The notes below the pieces were generated by a model. The model ran no database searches and was not told the DNA's origin. It saw only the letters and a program-made list of their open reading frames with translations. This document shows positions 49,751 through 62,873 of a stretch of DNA of 64,000 bases, one piece after another (position 1 is the stretch's first letter; every line of letters starts with the position of its first letter). This DNA is from Lytechinus pictus (lineage: Eukaryota): assembly GCF_037042905.1 (NCBI RefSeq), contig NC_087251.1, forward strand, positions 2,606,001-2,670,000, read 5' to 3'. Position numbers and translations under genes: made by a program.

Positions 49751-52621
49751 ATATCGTGTGTTGATCCAGATTCAACCGGGATGTCAGCACTGAAAATAAA
49801 TGCAAATTCTTTATACAAAATTCAGGTTGTGCATGCTGCAGGTATCAGCAGGTTTCTTAAAAAAATAAAAAAATATGGGTTGTGGCTGTGAGCCGAGTGC
49901 CATTTATCCATTACCATTTGATCAAAATCATATCGCTATTTCCCATTTGACAGGTTATTTTCCCCCCGTTTTTATACGCGTCATATTACGTAAAGGAAAC
50001 AGAGATTGATAATAACCAGGTCAGTTCTGTATGTACTTCCGTTTCCGGGTTGTATGACAATGACGAGTGTATGGTTTTATTACTTTGAATTTAGAAATTA
50101 AATGACAAGTATTATAGTAAGGACCATGTCATCCCGAATGTCATACGGGATGTCAAACATTGCTCTTAATTTTGTTCTTTATATAAGTATGATATTTTAT
50201 TAAAAAGAAAGCCCTCATTGACGTCAAATTGGATTTCATAAAAAATAGAAAATGAGGAAAACTTTACTGAAACTGGCTCCATCATCGTCGACCACAATGA
50301 TGCGATATATTTTCATACCAAAACTGAAAATGAATCTATATTTTTACGATTTTAGAGTGTATATGAAGAAAAGAAATATATTCAGTTATGATAATGAACC
50401 ATTGAACAAAATATAGAATTGTTTTTAGCTCGTATGTAATATATAGGGCCGAATGTCTTAATTGAATCTTGGATGAATATTGGCTAAAATATCATTAAGT
50501 TTCGCATACGTTACTAAAACAGATTGACAATTTTCATGATACACGTACAGGGTGAGGGAATGGGAAAGTTGCCCCTCTGTACTACTCACAACGTTTGATA
50601 CCGGTACCGACCTTCCGCTATAGGGCACACATGAGATATTCATTCGCGTGCAATTGCATTCTGGACAAGAAAATAATTCATCCAAAATAGACAAAATGTT
50701 TGTAGAATATCAAAGTATTAATGATAGAAATAATGCAACTGTTGCTTGATTGAAATAAAAAAGAAGAAGTAAAAAATTTCCTTGTCAGGTGTATACATAC
50801 CCATAGAACTTTATTTTGAACATTCTTATTCAAAGATACGTTCATATTCTTTTTGTGTTATAGTTATAAAAAATGACTCTGCAAGTGACCAAGAATTGTG
50901 TAGCCTTTTTCTGAGCACGATGAAAGTGGCAAAAAATCTCCTTCTTAATGATCAAATTTCATTTAACCTGATTATACGATATACCAGTATAATTATTCAA
51001 AGTAGAGAATGAGGGTTGATTCTTTATGCGCACTAACCGTTATATCCAGACTTTCTTTGTCTCATCATGTCCTAACAGTGATCCCCTTTTCTCCTTGTCT
51101 CATCCCCATCCCCCTCTCACAGTTTACCTCTCTCAATCATGGCAATCGTGGCAATGTATAGGCCCGACATATTTTCATATACTTTTCAATCATCTTCAAG
51201 TAAATGGGGTATGGGCCTACATTGCAAGAGACACATTCATGCTTGCCATAATTGATACATGATCCTCCCACAATTCTCTATATTGATCAGACATAATATA
51301 GATTGCATAATATTTCTTAAAATGTGTAATCAATAGCAAGAATGGGTGCCAGGATGTATAACGAATCACGCGATGCCGTATACCGTGAATCATTCATTGA
51401 CAAGCAATTATTTTTTTTGTCAGCAGCATCACGGAATTCAGTATATTTTAATAAGCCTGTTTACTATCTTGGCAATAAATGATAAAACCATGTATTTTCT
51501 TGTAAATAAATTACAATTTCATATAGAAAGCAGACGGATAATAGGCATGATGGGCATATACTTCATTTTCAAAATATGAAAATTTGAATACGCTCTCACT
51601 AATAATAATTAGACATATCTAAAATTTTATTTTAATTTGGACCTATTGATCAGTTTCACAAAAGGTGAAATTTATGTATTTTTTTTATTCTGATAGTCGA
51701 GACTTATTTACTTTGATTTCTGTCATCATTTAATGATACATGTATGTTTAATGTCGTTTTTTTTTAGCCTGTCTATGCTGCTAATCAATAATTGCAATAA
51801 TTCAATTATCATAACTAATAATTTTTCAAAAACATTGCAATTTATAATTTCGGACATGATTCACACATGCATGTGATATATTTTCTCAAATTATGTTAAA
51901 TTATTTTTAGCTTTGTATATATCATATTTGGTATTTTATAATGTTGGTGCTCTTATAGGTCATCATGGTGTGTCATAAAAAGTGAAGAAATCTTGACAGG
52001 AACGGGCTAACAACCAGTGTGTAATCTTTAGTGACGATTGCAGTAATCTAATTCGAGACCAACGCGAATACTGCCTATAGGCCTATGATAAAGTAGACCA
52101 AAATAGAACATTGTCGGGAAAAAAATAGAATGTAAAATGTAAAATTTGACAATGATTCATTTTCCAATCGTCTGTCGATAGTTCGGACCGCTCGTAATGT
52201 TTTTGTATGACGTCACAATAAACGTCGAGTGCACGCAACCGTACCATAAAAATAGCGATGACGTATGGGGGAATCACCCTAACCACACGATTAACGAACT
52301 GGATCGTGTATTTGTTAGTTTGTTTTTTGTTATTTTTACAAAAGAGAAAGAAACATAAAGAAATTGGTATATAATGAGATTGGAGATCAAGAATTTGGGG
52401 ACTGGTTTGTTTGTGACTTATTTTATCAGATGTTATCACGCCAAGTGAGAAATAATTTTGTTTTGTTTCTATACATGCAGTCTACAGAATATTACATACG
52501 ATTTCTATGTAAAATCATTAAAAGTGAAACAGAACTGTCAATAAACATAGAGTAGTGCATTGGCACTTGTCTTGGGTAATATTGTCTGAAACGTCTTAAA
52601 GAGTCTGATATTTTTCATCTT

Positions 52622-52753
52622 CCCCTTCTTCTTTTTCTTCTATTCTCCTCCTCCTTTTTCTTCTTCTTTTTTTCCTTCTTCTTCTTCCCCTCCTTCTTCT
52701 TCTTCTACTTCTTCCTCTTCTTTTTCTCCTTTATTATTCTATGCTTTCTTCTT
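52622..52753. repeat. (CTT)n-type polypyrimidine low-complexity tract
   Basis: Read directly. Confidence 0.85.
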
Positions 52754-53150
52754 CAGTAACTTTGTCTTGGGAATATTATTTGTGTCTATGATGTGAATTT
52801 TGTGGTTTACCTCTCCCCCTCTTCCTTGGTATATGTAGCTTGGACTCAGTATGATCAAATCCTAGGTATGATGCAACTAGATCATTCAAAGAAGAAAATA
52901 TTTGCTCTGTTTATTTTGTCCGTATACAGATCCATGGAATTTGTTGTCAGCTAGCCGTAAGCATAATACTAGTAAGTTACTTTCAATAAGTGGACGCTTT
53001 CAAAAATCAATCATCGAGAAAATAATACCTTTAATTTGGTAGTGAGTGAGCCTATCTTACTGTAACCACATCGATCATGCTCATCATTATTGAAGCTATC
53101 ATATTGTTTGTCAAGGCTTGGCTTTTCACTCTCAGTTTCGATTTAGACCG

Positions 53151-53254
53151 AGTCCAGTTTCCACAAGACAAGGAGAATATGATTGTGTTTACACTACCTA
53201 GTCTAGTTTCCACAAGACAAGGAGAATATGATTGTGTTTACACTACCTAGTCTA
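53151..53254. repeat. 49-bp tandem duplication
   Basis: AGTC(C/T)AGTTTCCACAAGACAAGGAGAATATGATTGTGTTTACACTACCT occurs twice. Confidence 0.95.
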
Positions 53255-53451
53255 TATCCACAGACTTTTAAATTTGATAAGTATCACGTCACCCCCCCCC
53301 CCCCCGACTGACTTCAACTTGAAGCAAGGAGCTTCAAATAAAGACGCTCGAGACATGACATTGACAGACTTCCGGTTGTAAATTGTAAACGCATCCCGGA
53401 TTACAGTCTGATCAATGAAATGGCATCTCCCCGGCACTCTGGTACATGCAA

Positions 53452-53835
53452 GGGTAAACTGCCGATTCGTCTATTGCCAACTCGTCCACGCATCACATGG
53501 TCTACCTTAATGCCATTCCGTCCATCAACCTTTCGTCTAACATCCATTTGGTCGAATAACCATTCAATCCATAATCACCAGTTCGGCTATGACAATTTCG
53601 TCTCGTAACCAGTTGGTCTAATACCCATTTTATTTTAATTAATTTTGTCCAATTAGACCAATGGTATATGGACTAAATGGCTATTAAGGACCAACTGGTT
53701 ATTAGACGAAGTGGTGAGTGGACGACATGGAAATTAGACCATGTGTGGATAGTGGACGAACTGATGGTAGACCAAATGATAGTAGACGAGTTGGTAATTG
53801 GACGAATTGGCAAAAGACCAATTGGAAATAAACCC
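53452..53835. mobile_element. MITE with TCGTCTA/TAGACGA internal repeats, copy 2
   Basis: GGGTAAAC...TAAACCC ends. Possible 6-bp TSD ATGCAA/ATGTAA. Homolog of 43006-43357. Confidence 0.8.
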
Positions 53836-54430
53836 ATGTAAGCCATAATTTTACGGTCAAAACACACAGCAGGTGTCTGAATGTTAAGGCTACTGAAGAC
53901 GGCTTCGGAAATTATGTGCTGGACCAGAGAAAAGTTTCAATCATAATTTCAACCGGAATACTGAATGGTTATTGTCTATACAAGATCTAAAAAATAAAAA
54001 GTTTTAAACAAAGCTTTTGGATGCAAACAATATGTGAACGTTATATACTGATTTCATTTGAAAACATAATTTTCAATAGTTATCCATTTTTTTTTCTTTA
54101 TTCAACAGGGTAGCCCCATCAGTAATCAAATTGATACTCGGTGTCCTGCTTGAGATATCATACAAACTTTTAAAGACATAAATATTTGAACATCGATATA
54201 GCACATGTAGTAAACAAATATGTTTTGTGTTATTTTCTCACATGGATTTTATGACTTTGTAACCTTGTAAATTGTAAGTGAATGCATTATTAGTTGATGT
54301 TTATAAGTCCATTTTCCTAAGCTAGAAGGATGCTATAGGTGAAGAGAACCTTGCCGTTGATTGGACACCATTTCATTCTTGAAGAGAATGTGCAAAATCC
54401 ATGGCCAGTATTGTGAATCATAACTCTGAG

Positions 54431-54741
54431 CATGGGCGGAAATCCCAGGGGGACGCGTCCCCCCTACCCAAAATAGTAGGGGGGCACAATATCAAATGTC
54501 CCCCCTACTATTTTTGGTCTTTTGTGATGAAAAGAAATACATTATTGAAAATCGAAATAAAACATGTATTTTTGACGAAATAACCTTATATTTGGGGTGA
54601 TAACCTTTTTTTTTTTTGCTTGTCAATTTTTTTTGGGGTCGAAATTACCTTTCATTTGGGATGATAACCTATTTTTTTTTTGCTTGTCAAATTTTCCAGC
54701 CCCTTGTCCCCCCTACCTTTTGGGAGAGATTTCCGCCCCTG
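54431..54741. mobile_element. hAT-like MITE with 8-bp TSD
   Basis: TIR CATGGGCGGAAATC/GATTTCCGCCCCTG. Perfect TSD ACTCTGAG. Confidence 0.9.
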
Positions 54742-55475
54742 ACTCTGAGCTAAAAATGATGGGAAGCCGAAAATATCAAAATGTTCTTGACTTGTTTACA
54801 TGTTTATCGTGCTCTAGTTTTTCTGTGCTTGTGGTGAATTCAACTATTTTAGTTATCATCCTAAGGCAATATTTATGAATTATAAGAATGAGAAATGAAC
54901 TGGTAAATTGAACCTACGTATAAAGGTCTAGGCCTACTGTTTTAGATTTGTGTCACAATTGGCTTTCTTTAAACGTTATACGGTACCATTGTGCGTAGGC
55001 CTATTGTCCAATATTCGTTTCATGCTCTGGAATTTGTTCCCTAATAATATGACGTCACAATCAATGGAAAAGAACTGATAGTCAGCTGAGAGTGAGATGA
55101 ATGTGTTAATGAGCAATCTTCCAAACCGTAACAGCTAAAGTTCTATTGTTATTATAATTTGGGTGTCTGAACCGGAGCTCTCAATAAACAAGATCTTGTG
55201 ACGTAATGGACCCCTGCTTTCAAGAGATACTAGTAGATCCGAGATTCCAGTGTTACGCGATCATTCTGGGAATGAATAGACTGCGACCACAGACCCAGAA
55301 AATCTTTAACTTTGAGACTAGCACTTCGTAGTATAAAACTTCAGATCAATTTATTTATTAGGGGAATGCGATCCCTTGGTGTTGTTGGGGGGCATGGGGT
55401 TTTGTTAATTATTAGAATGTTTTTTGACCGTTTTTTTTAATGAAATGCCTATATACATGTCCGCGCTCAAGAGCT

Positions 55476-55877
55476 AGTCAAATATATTGCTGTACACACG
55501 CGTGACCAAAAACGGTCCGCGCGTAGACTCGTTAAGGGTATCAAAAACACAAATTTTCAAGAAAAAGGGTGGTTTTGAAAGACTGGTCAATGCATGGTCA
55601 ATCGCGGGGTCAAACGTATTTAGGGTATGGTTTTTTCCCAAAAGAAAAGCTTTTTTTTAAAGACTAGCCAAACGTGTTTTGGGTATGTTTTTCCCCAAGC
55701 TTTTTCCCGAGTTCATATTTTGGCGACAACTTGTTTAGGGGCCAAAATGTGTAAATAAAGCCCGCGAAAAACTTGTTTAGGTGATTATTTTGCACACGGA
55801 TAAAAACTAGTTTAGGGGGTGTTTGGAAATTACTTGGTCACGCGTGTGTACAGCAATATATTTGACTGCCCCCCGGG
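55476..55877. mobile_element. TIR element with left tip lost
   Basis: Perfect inverted repeat AGTCAAATATATTGCTGTACACACGCGTGACCAA. Right end GCCCCCCGGG. Internal TTTAGGG repeats. Confidence 0.8.
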
Positions 55878-56355
55878 CTATGAATATGATACAATAATTA
55901 TTTAGTCTTTCTCCCGATTGTTGTAGGTCCCTTGTATATAAAGATCGTTGCACATTCAGATAGAACTATCATATCGCATTTTTCTGAAATTTTATGTTGC
56001 AAAAGTTTCTAGTTGAATAATCAGAATCCGATCTCTGAAGAACCCGGTGTAGAAATCTCATTACTCGATATTTGTTCAGAAGCTCTGACCAAGCTTCTTT
56101 TTATCTTTAATCTGGTGAGGTTGTGGTTTGAACTGTAGATTTAATCCTCTTATCATCTCCATCGAATGACTGGACTCCTTTTCTTACCTCCTATCAATGG
56201 CTTGAATAGAACAATTGAATCAATACTCATCACGATTTGAGATAACAAGGAAGTTGGTTTCGTAGAAAGACCCGCAGTCTGGGCCGTATCACCGACTCGT
56301 TCCCTCCTTAATTAGACCTTCCTAATTTCCAGGGGCTCTTCGTCCGGGAACTTAA

Positions 56356-56958
56356 AGGACAAGTCCACCCCAACCAAAAGTGGATTTGAATAAAAAGAGA
56401 AAAATCCAACAAGCACAACACTGAAAATTTCATCAAAATCGGATGGAAAATAAGAAAGTTATGACATTTTTAAGTTTCGCTTAATTTCACAAAATAGTTA
56501 TATTCACATCCTGGTCGGTATGCAAATGAGGGAACTGATGACATCACACACTCACTATTTCTTTTGTATTTAATTACATGAAATATGAAATATTCTAATT
56601 TTCTCTTCGTTGTCCTGTGAAACAAAGTTTTATTTCGCCCTGAACATGTGGAATTACCATTGTGTAACATTTTATGTTTCAGTCAAGTTGGTCTTTATTG
56701 TCAAATCTTTAAAAAATGAAATATTGTATGATTCAAACAATAAAAAAAAAAAAAAATAGTGAGTGAGGGACATGATCGATTCTCTCATTTGCATGTGACT
56801 AAATTGTGCATATAACTATTTTGTGAAAAATAAGCGAAACTTTAAAATGTCATAACTTTCTTATTTTACATGCGATTTTGATGAAATTTTCAGCATTATG
56901 CTTGTCTGATTTTTCTCTATTGATTCAAATCAACATTTTTCTGAGGTGGACTTGACCT
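56356..56958. mobile_element. TTAA-site MITE (Kolobok-like), family C copy 1
   Basis: TTAA|AGGACAAGTCCACC...GGTGGACTTGACCT|TTAA. Long imperfect inverted arms. Confidence 0.88.
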
Positions 56959-57149
56959 TTAAAAATAGGCAACCTGTTAGTTATGATTTTTTTTTTTTTT
57001 TTTCAGATTCACTAAATTATTGTCTACTAATTTTGTCGGAAAATAAGTTAAAGACTGGAATTATGATACCCTCACCCTCCACTATCAAAATGCAACTAAT
57101 TACACAATTGAATTCAGGCCATGGTAGGCTTAAGATTCAGACCACTTGA

Positions 57150-57731
57150 AGGAATGGTCCGGGCTGAAAATATTGATATCTTAATACATAGAGTAGAATT
57201 CACTGAGCAAGATGCCGAAAATTTCATCAAAATCGGATAACAAATGATAAAGTTATTGAAGTTTAAAGTTTAGCAATATTTTGTGAAAACAGTCGTCATG
57301 AATATTCATTAGGTGGGCTGATGATGTCACATCTCCACTTTCTGTCTTCTTATGTTATTACATAAAATCATATTTTTTTCATTATTTCATACTTGTGTGA
57401 ATAATGTGTCTCTCTTATAATGAAATAAGTTGCAGCAATAAATATCTAATGCACTAAATTAATTGTCAATCCAATTTTTCTAGTTTTTGGAGGAAAACAT
57501 TTGAATAAACCTAATTTCATATAATAAAATACAAAAGAACAAGTGGAGATGTGACATCATCAGCACACCTAATGAATATTCATGACGACTGTTTTCTAAA
57601 AATATTGCTAAACTTTAAAATTCAATAACTTTGTTATTTGTTATCCGATTTTGATGAAATTTTCAGCATTTTGCTTAGTAAATTCTACTCTATCTGTTAA
57701 GCTATAAATATTTTTAGCCTGGACCATCCCT
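57150..57731. mobile_element. TTAA-site palindromic MITE (Kolobok-like), family D
   Basis: TTGA|AGGAATGGTCCGGGCTGAAAATATT...TTTAGCCTGGACCATCCCT|TTAA. Inverted arms of ~200 bp. Confidence 0.85.
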
Positions 57732-59099
57732 TTAAGTTTGTTTCGACAAATATGGGTTTGCACCTGAATTGACTGGACATCACGGCGTAAAATTATGAAT
57801 AATCAGCCAATCAGGTATTTTCATAAAATGCAGAAACGTTGATAATTTAACTAAATATAAAGTAGGTGTATAAGTTCAATGAAGCAAAGATTATGGGGAA
57901 ACCAACACTAAAAATGTTAGGATAGGATTTTTTAATCCAATGTCATTTTTTATATTGTATAATTTTCCAGCGAGATCAGTGTACCAGTTAACCAAAGTTG
58001 TCATACTTTTTTTTACAAGGAAACTATCCGAGTGCGGAAAGACAAATAGTTAAATGTTATTATGGGTTCCAATACGCTTATCAGACTATATAATAAAATG
58101 AATGATCGTATGTATATATCGTCCTTACATTTTCAACGACTTCCTCAAGCAGAACAATGGACAGATGAAGTCAGTGAAAGGGAAAATCATTTCTCCCCTC
58201 CAAATAATGATTTTGTTCTATAAGGTTGAAATCAGACAAAATTACTATTTCTTTGTTCTGCAGAGTCTATTTCAGTATACTATTATGTTACTTGTACATG
58301 ATTTTGTTATAATATAAAGTAAGTTCGAAACATATTTAAAATAAAGAAGTTAATATATGGCGCATGATAATGTCACATAAAAATGCAAAACATTTATACC
58401 AGTATAAACATGCTATTAGCATCAGTTGATTACTAGTATAGAACTGGCAAAATATCAAAACTATAAATTGTGCATAATAATATGCAGTTATTGTAGTTGC
58501 TCATTTTTGTTCACTGCTGGGCACACATACAGTAGTATGTACTTTGCATCGTGTTTACAAATTACATATATACTGCGCATGCGTCATCGATGCAATATTC
58601 GCGTCCAGACAAAATGTATCACATTACTTCCTCTTTACGCGCTTTACTGCATTCGTAATTTAGCGCTCATTGACGTTAGGTTGTGTGTGATATACACACA
58701 AACATACCATAAAGCTACACCAACGAGCTCATCGGTGTCACTCCGCTGCCTGTACGTGAACTTACTCCCGGTGTTTACTATACACAGACAGACTGCTGGA
58801 TGCAGCTAGCCAAGAAATTCATATACGTGTATCATATCCATGATTGCTATCGAAAATAGATCTAGTGCCTTTTGACCCCGGCTTTTGACATTAGTGCCAA
58901 AATCTGAAAACTGATAAAAAGCAAAGATTTTCCTTTCGCCATCATCCAAATTTCCATTCGGGCTCTTACGATTATAATAACCCTAACCCTAACCCTATAG
59001 TGTAAATACATTTGTGTTACAGTGTTTATATATAATTTTATAGAATTTTGCTGATTATTTTACTCTACTTATATCATATTACCCTTGTATAAAATTTTG

Positions 59100-59280
59100 A
59101 TAGGGGGTCTACATTTTACAAGCTTTGCTTTTTAGTAGGCCCCTCCACTTTTTTCATTTCATTGCTACGTTTCAATCCTGTGTGTTATGCATTTTTTCAG
59201 TGTTAAAATGATTTATTATAAATGTACTTTGATGATTGTGGAATATGAATATATCAATAAATAAATAAATAAATAAATAA
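59100..59280 (+). mobile_element. Probable LINE 3'-UTR remnant
   Basis: Stem GGGGGTCTAC...GTAGGCCCCT, T-rich tract and (AAAT)n tail. Confidence 0.55.
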
Positions 59281-60387
59281 TATCATCTAGGATAAAAAAA
59301 AATATTCAAAGATAGTGTGAAATCATTTGTAAATTGAGAAACGATTGGACTTGGGATGCAATAAAACTAGTTAGTCATTTTCTGTCCTGCATGTTCCGTA
59401 ACTTGATAAGGGGATGTGAAATGACGGATTCTTTCCTTCTAACAGGATATAACAATCTAATTCCCGATGTTAACCAGAACTTGCCTTCATTTTCTCAGAA
59501 AGGGTGATTTATTAGTGTGTTTATTTCTTTTTCTTCGGAGGGTACAAGAGGGTCCGATTGATGTTGCTATTTGCCATGCAAACGGGGGGGGGGTGTAAAA
59601 TTTTCTAACACAAATAAAACAATAGGACAAAATTTTAATGCATCGAATTTATAAAAACGTGTAAACCCTCTATAGATTTGAATTCAAAGTCAGATGCTTT
59701 CCTTATGTATTTGCTGCCCTTGTAAAATATAAAATAAAATCAGTAAATGTATATTAAGTTGCTGTGCAAATGAAAGTGACAGAAAACTTTGATTATTGGA
59801 AAGACATTTTCTTCATTTTTAAAAATTGTTTTCTAGTGTATAGGTCTACATCGTTGCAACCTATATCTATTAGCTACTTGCTAAAAAACATGAGAAAAGA
59901 ATGAGTCATCCTTGTTTCGAGACGGATACAGAGAGCGGTCAAGATTTTGACGAGGACGCATAGTGGCAGACCAATTGACCATAAATAATACTATGACACT
60001 GGCCTGAAATGACCGTGATTCTCGGAAGTTTGACCAAAACGATATAACCTACATTCCCCATTCATGTTTAGGTCGTATAAGCATTTCGGTTTGGTGACGT
60101 CATTCAACTCAATTTGAAAAAAATGAAAATACTGCCGGGTTCGAGAATTTAGTCTTTTCATCTAGCAAACATAACTTGATCTAGCAATATTGCTCTTCAG
60201 ATGCTCAATAAATACAATAAAATATATTTCCTATAACAGCTGACATGCTTATCTCGTTGTGTCCAATTTGACACGCGCCCTAAAAATGAGACTATTTTGT
60301 GATTAGATTATACATTTGAAAATCTTATTAACAAACTTTCAAGAAAGATAATTAATGACTGATATAGGATTGAATTGTTGATAAAAA

Positions 60388-60650
60388 ACAAGTCCACCCC
60401 CAAAAAGAGTCAATTGTTATTTAAAAAAATCCAACAAGTATATCAATGAAAATTTCATCAAAATCGGATGTAAAATAAGTAAGTTATGACATTAATGTTC
60501 GCGTAAGTTCACAAACAGATAAGCATATATCCTGGTTGATATGCAAATGAGGGGACTGATGACGTCACCCATTCACTATTTTTAAAGTATTTTATTATGA
60601 AATATGAAGTATTCAAATGTTTCCATAATTCAATTGTCATGTAAAACAAA
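60388..60650. mobile_element. Family C fragment (left arm)
   Basis: CAAGTCCACCCC...AAAATTTCATCAAAATCGGATG...ATGCAAATGAGGG matches 56356-56600. Confidence 0.8.
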
Positions 60651-61260
60651 ATTATTGACAAATAGAATGATATACAACAGAAATACGAAAAAAAAAGTTG
60701 TAAAAGTCTGGATGGAGGCAATCACTTCTCATAATCTCGTGCTCATCTGGAAGACTCTGGTTGTCATGGTGATGCTACCCACGGCCTTGTCACTGTCATA
60801 ACTTATCAAATGGCCCGTTGAAAGTGGCGGGAACAGCGGAAATTTAGAATGACAAGCGTCTTTCTTGGACAGGGGACTTGACCCGATGATTCTTTCTCTT
60901 TCGCAGTCGTTTTGTTGTTGTTTATCTTGTACTTCTCATCGCCTTCTTGTTTCAAATTTACTTTTTCATTCAAATTCAATTACTCAACACATCACGCTAT
61001 CATACGCGTGCACTGGGCCACCGATTTGAACTGTACCTCACAGAATACAGAAGAATGTGCATTTTGTACACAATATCTGTAACAGATACTAGTATATATG
61101 ATTAAATCATTCGTATATAATCAATCATAATTTCATTATTTATTAATAACCAATTCACTGATAAATAATCAAAAACTTTGTAATGAAGAAGGGACATAAT
61201 TCAATACAGATGTAAGAGAGAAATATCATTTACAACCAAGGTCAAAGCATGAGTACTTAA

Positions 61261-61832
61261 AGGTCAAGTCCACCCCAGGAAAATGCTATCTCGAATAAAT
61301 AGAGAAAAATCAAACTAGCATGTAGTGCTGAAAATTTCATCAAAATCGGATTATAAGAAAGTTATACAATTTCAAAGTTCCGCTTATTTTTCAAACAACA
61401 GTGTATGCACAACTAGGTGAGTCAGTCGATGGTGTCCATCACTCACTATTTCTTTTGTTTTTTATTGTTTGAATTATACAATATTTCATTTTTTATAGAT
61501 TTGACAATAAGGACCAACTTGACTGAACCATATAGTAAACAATGCTAATTCCACATGTTCAGGGAGGAATTAATCGTTGTAATGAGGAGAAAATTAGAAT
61601 ATTTCATATAACAAAATACAAAAGAAATAGTGAGTGGATGACGTCTTAGTCTCCCCATTTACATACCAGCCAGGATGTGCATTTATATAACTGTTTTGTG
61701 AAACTAAGCGAAACTTTAAAATGTCATAACTTTCTTATTTTACATCCGATTTTGATGAAATTTTCAGTGTTATGCTTGTTGGATTTTTCTCTTTTTATTC
61801 AAATGAACTTTTTGTTGGGGTGGACTTGTCCT
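61261..61832. mobile_element. TTAA-site MITE, family C copy 2 (opposite orientation to copy 1)
   Basis: TTAA|AGGTCAAGTCCACC...GGTGGACTTGTCCT|TTAA. Confidence 0.88.
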
Positions 61833-62632
61833 TTAAGGGCAATTTTGCTTGGGTATTTTGATCGCGTGCAAAGGAATAGGGAATGGGCAGATAGAAAGTA
61901 TGAAAGACCCGGTTTTATTTGTTTACATCTAATTTCCGTTTTCAGTAGGCTCAGCGGGAAAATACTGACGGAAACCCGTAACAGGATTTTTCAAATAACA
62001 CAATAACTCTGTAATGTAGCTTTTCTTTGCCTAAATTCTGAATGAATGTTAACTATGGTTTTAATCATCTCCCCTAATAAAATAAAAATCAATCTTTGAT
62101 ATTTAGGCATATAAATATATTTTCTTGACTTCTCTTTGATGAGCATAATTATAAAGTTTCCTAAAATACATATACCAGTCTGCTGTACCCATGATCTTGT
62201 ATAATTAAGACAACATTGCTATTAAAAAAATGTCAATCGATGTGAAAATGTGAAGAGATATGTATATTCAGGATATTAGAAGGGTCAAGTGTCATGATGC
62301 TGGAGTTCGAGAATAAATGATAACGTCAACGGATTATATTGTGACGTCACGCACAGTTCATGCCTACAGAGTAATATTAGCGTGTACAAAGAGTGTTTTG
62401 GAAGAACGGGGGTCGCATCATGCCAGTTTTGGGGAAGATAGAAATTATTTTACTCTGCCGATTCACTGTGATGTGATTGCCCTGGCCGATGATCGCCTCC
62501 CTTTTTTTGGAATTATCATCGACCTACCCATTGGCAATTAAAGAAAAAAAGAAAAAAAGTTGAAGTGGTACTAGTTCATCATTGAAGATTCCATATAATC
62601 GACTGTTGTTTGAAACTAATCATATAGGCCTA

Positions 62633-62873
62633 CACTCTAAAAATATTGGGTTAAAATGCTCAATGAGGGTAATTATGTGTCCAACCAACATTGCGCATTT
62701 CTTTTAGGCATTTTTATTTATCCAGTGTGATGAAAATTTTGCCCATCCTAAAGCAATTGCTGATTATTTTTTAACCTTACTGGACAATATGCTTCCCGCA
62801 TTGGGTAAATTACTGCGCCAGATTGGTTGGTCAGATACTTACCTCGTGATGGTAAAATTTTAACCAAATATTA
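62633..62873. mobile_element. EnSpm-like MITE, right tip lost
   Basis: CACTCTAAAAATATTGGGTTAAAAT versus ATTTTAACCAAATATT. Inner inverted CCAACCAA/TTGGTTGG. Confidence 0.6.

Noticed and set aside
58977..58997. Telomeric (TAACCC)n repeat
   Set aside because: Only about three units, interstitial. Too short to indicate a telomere or fusion.
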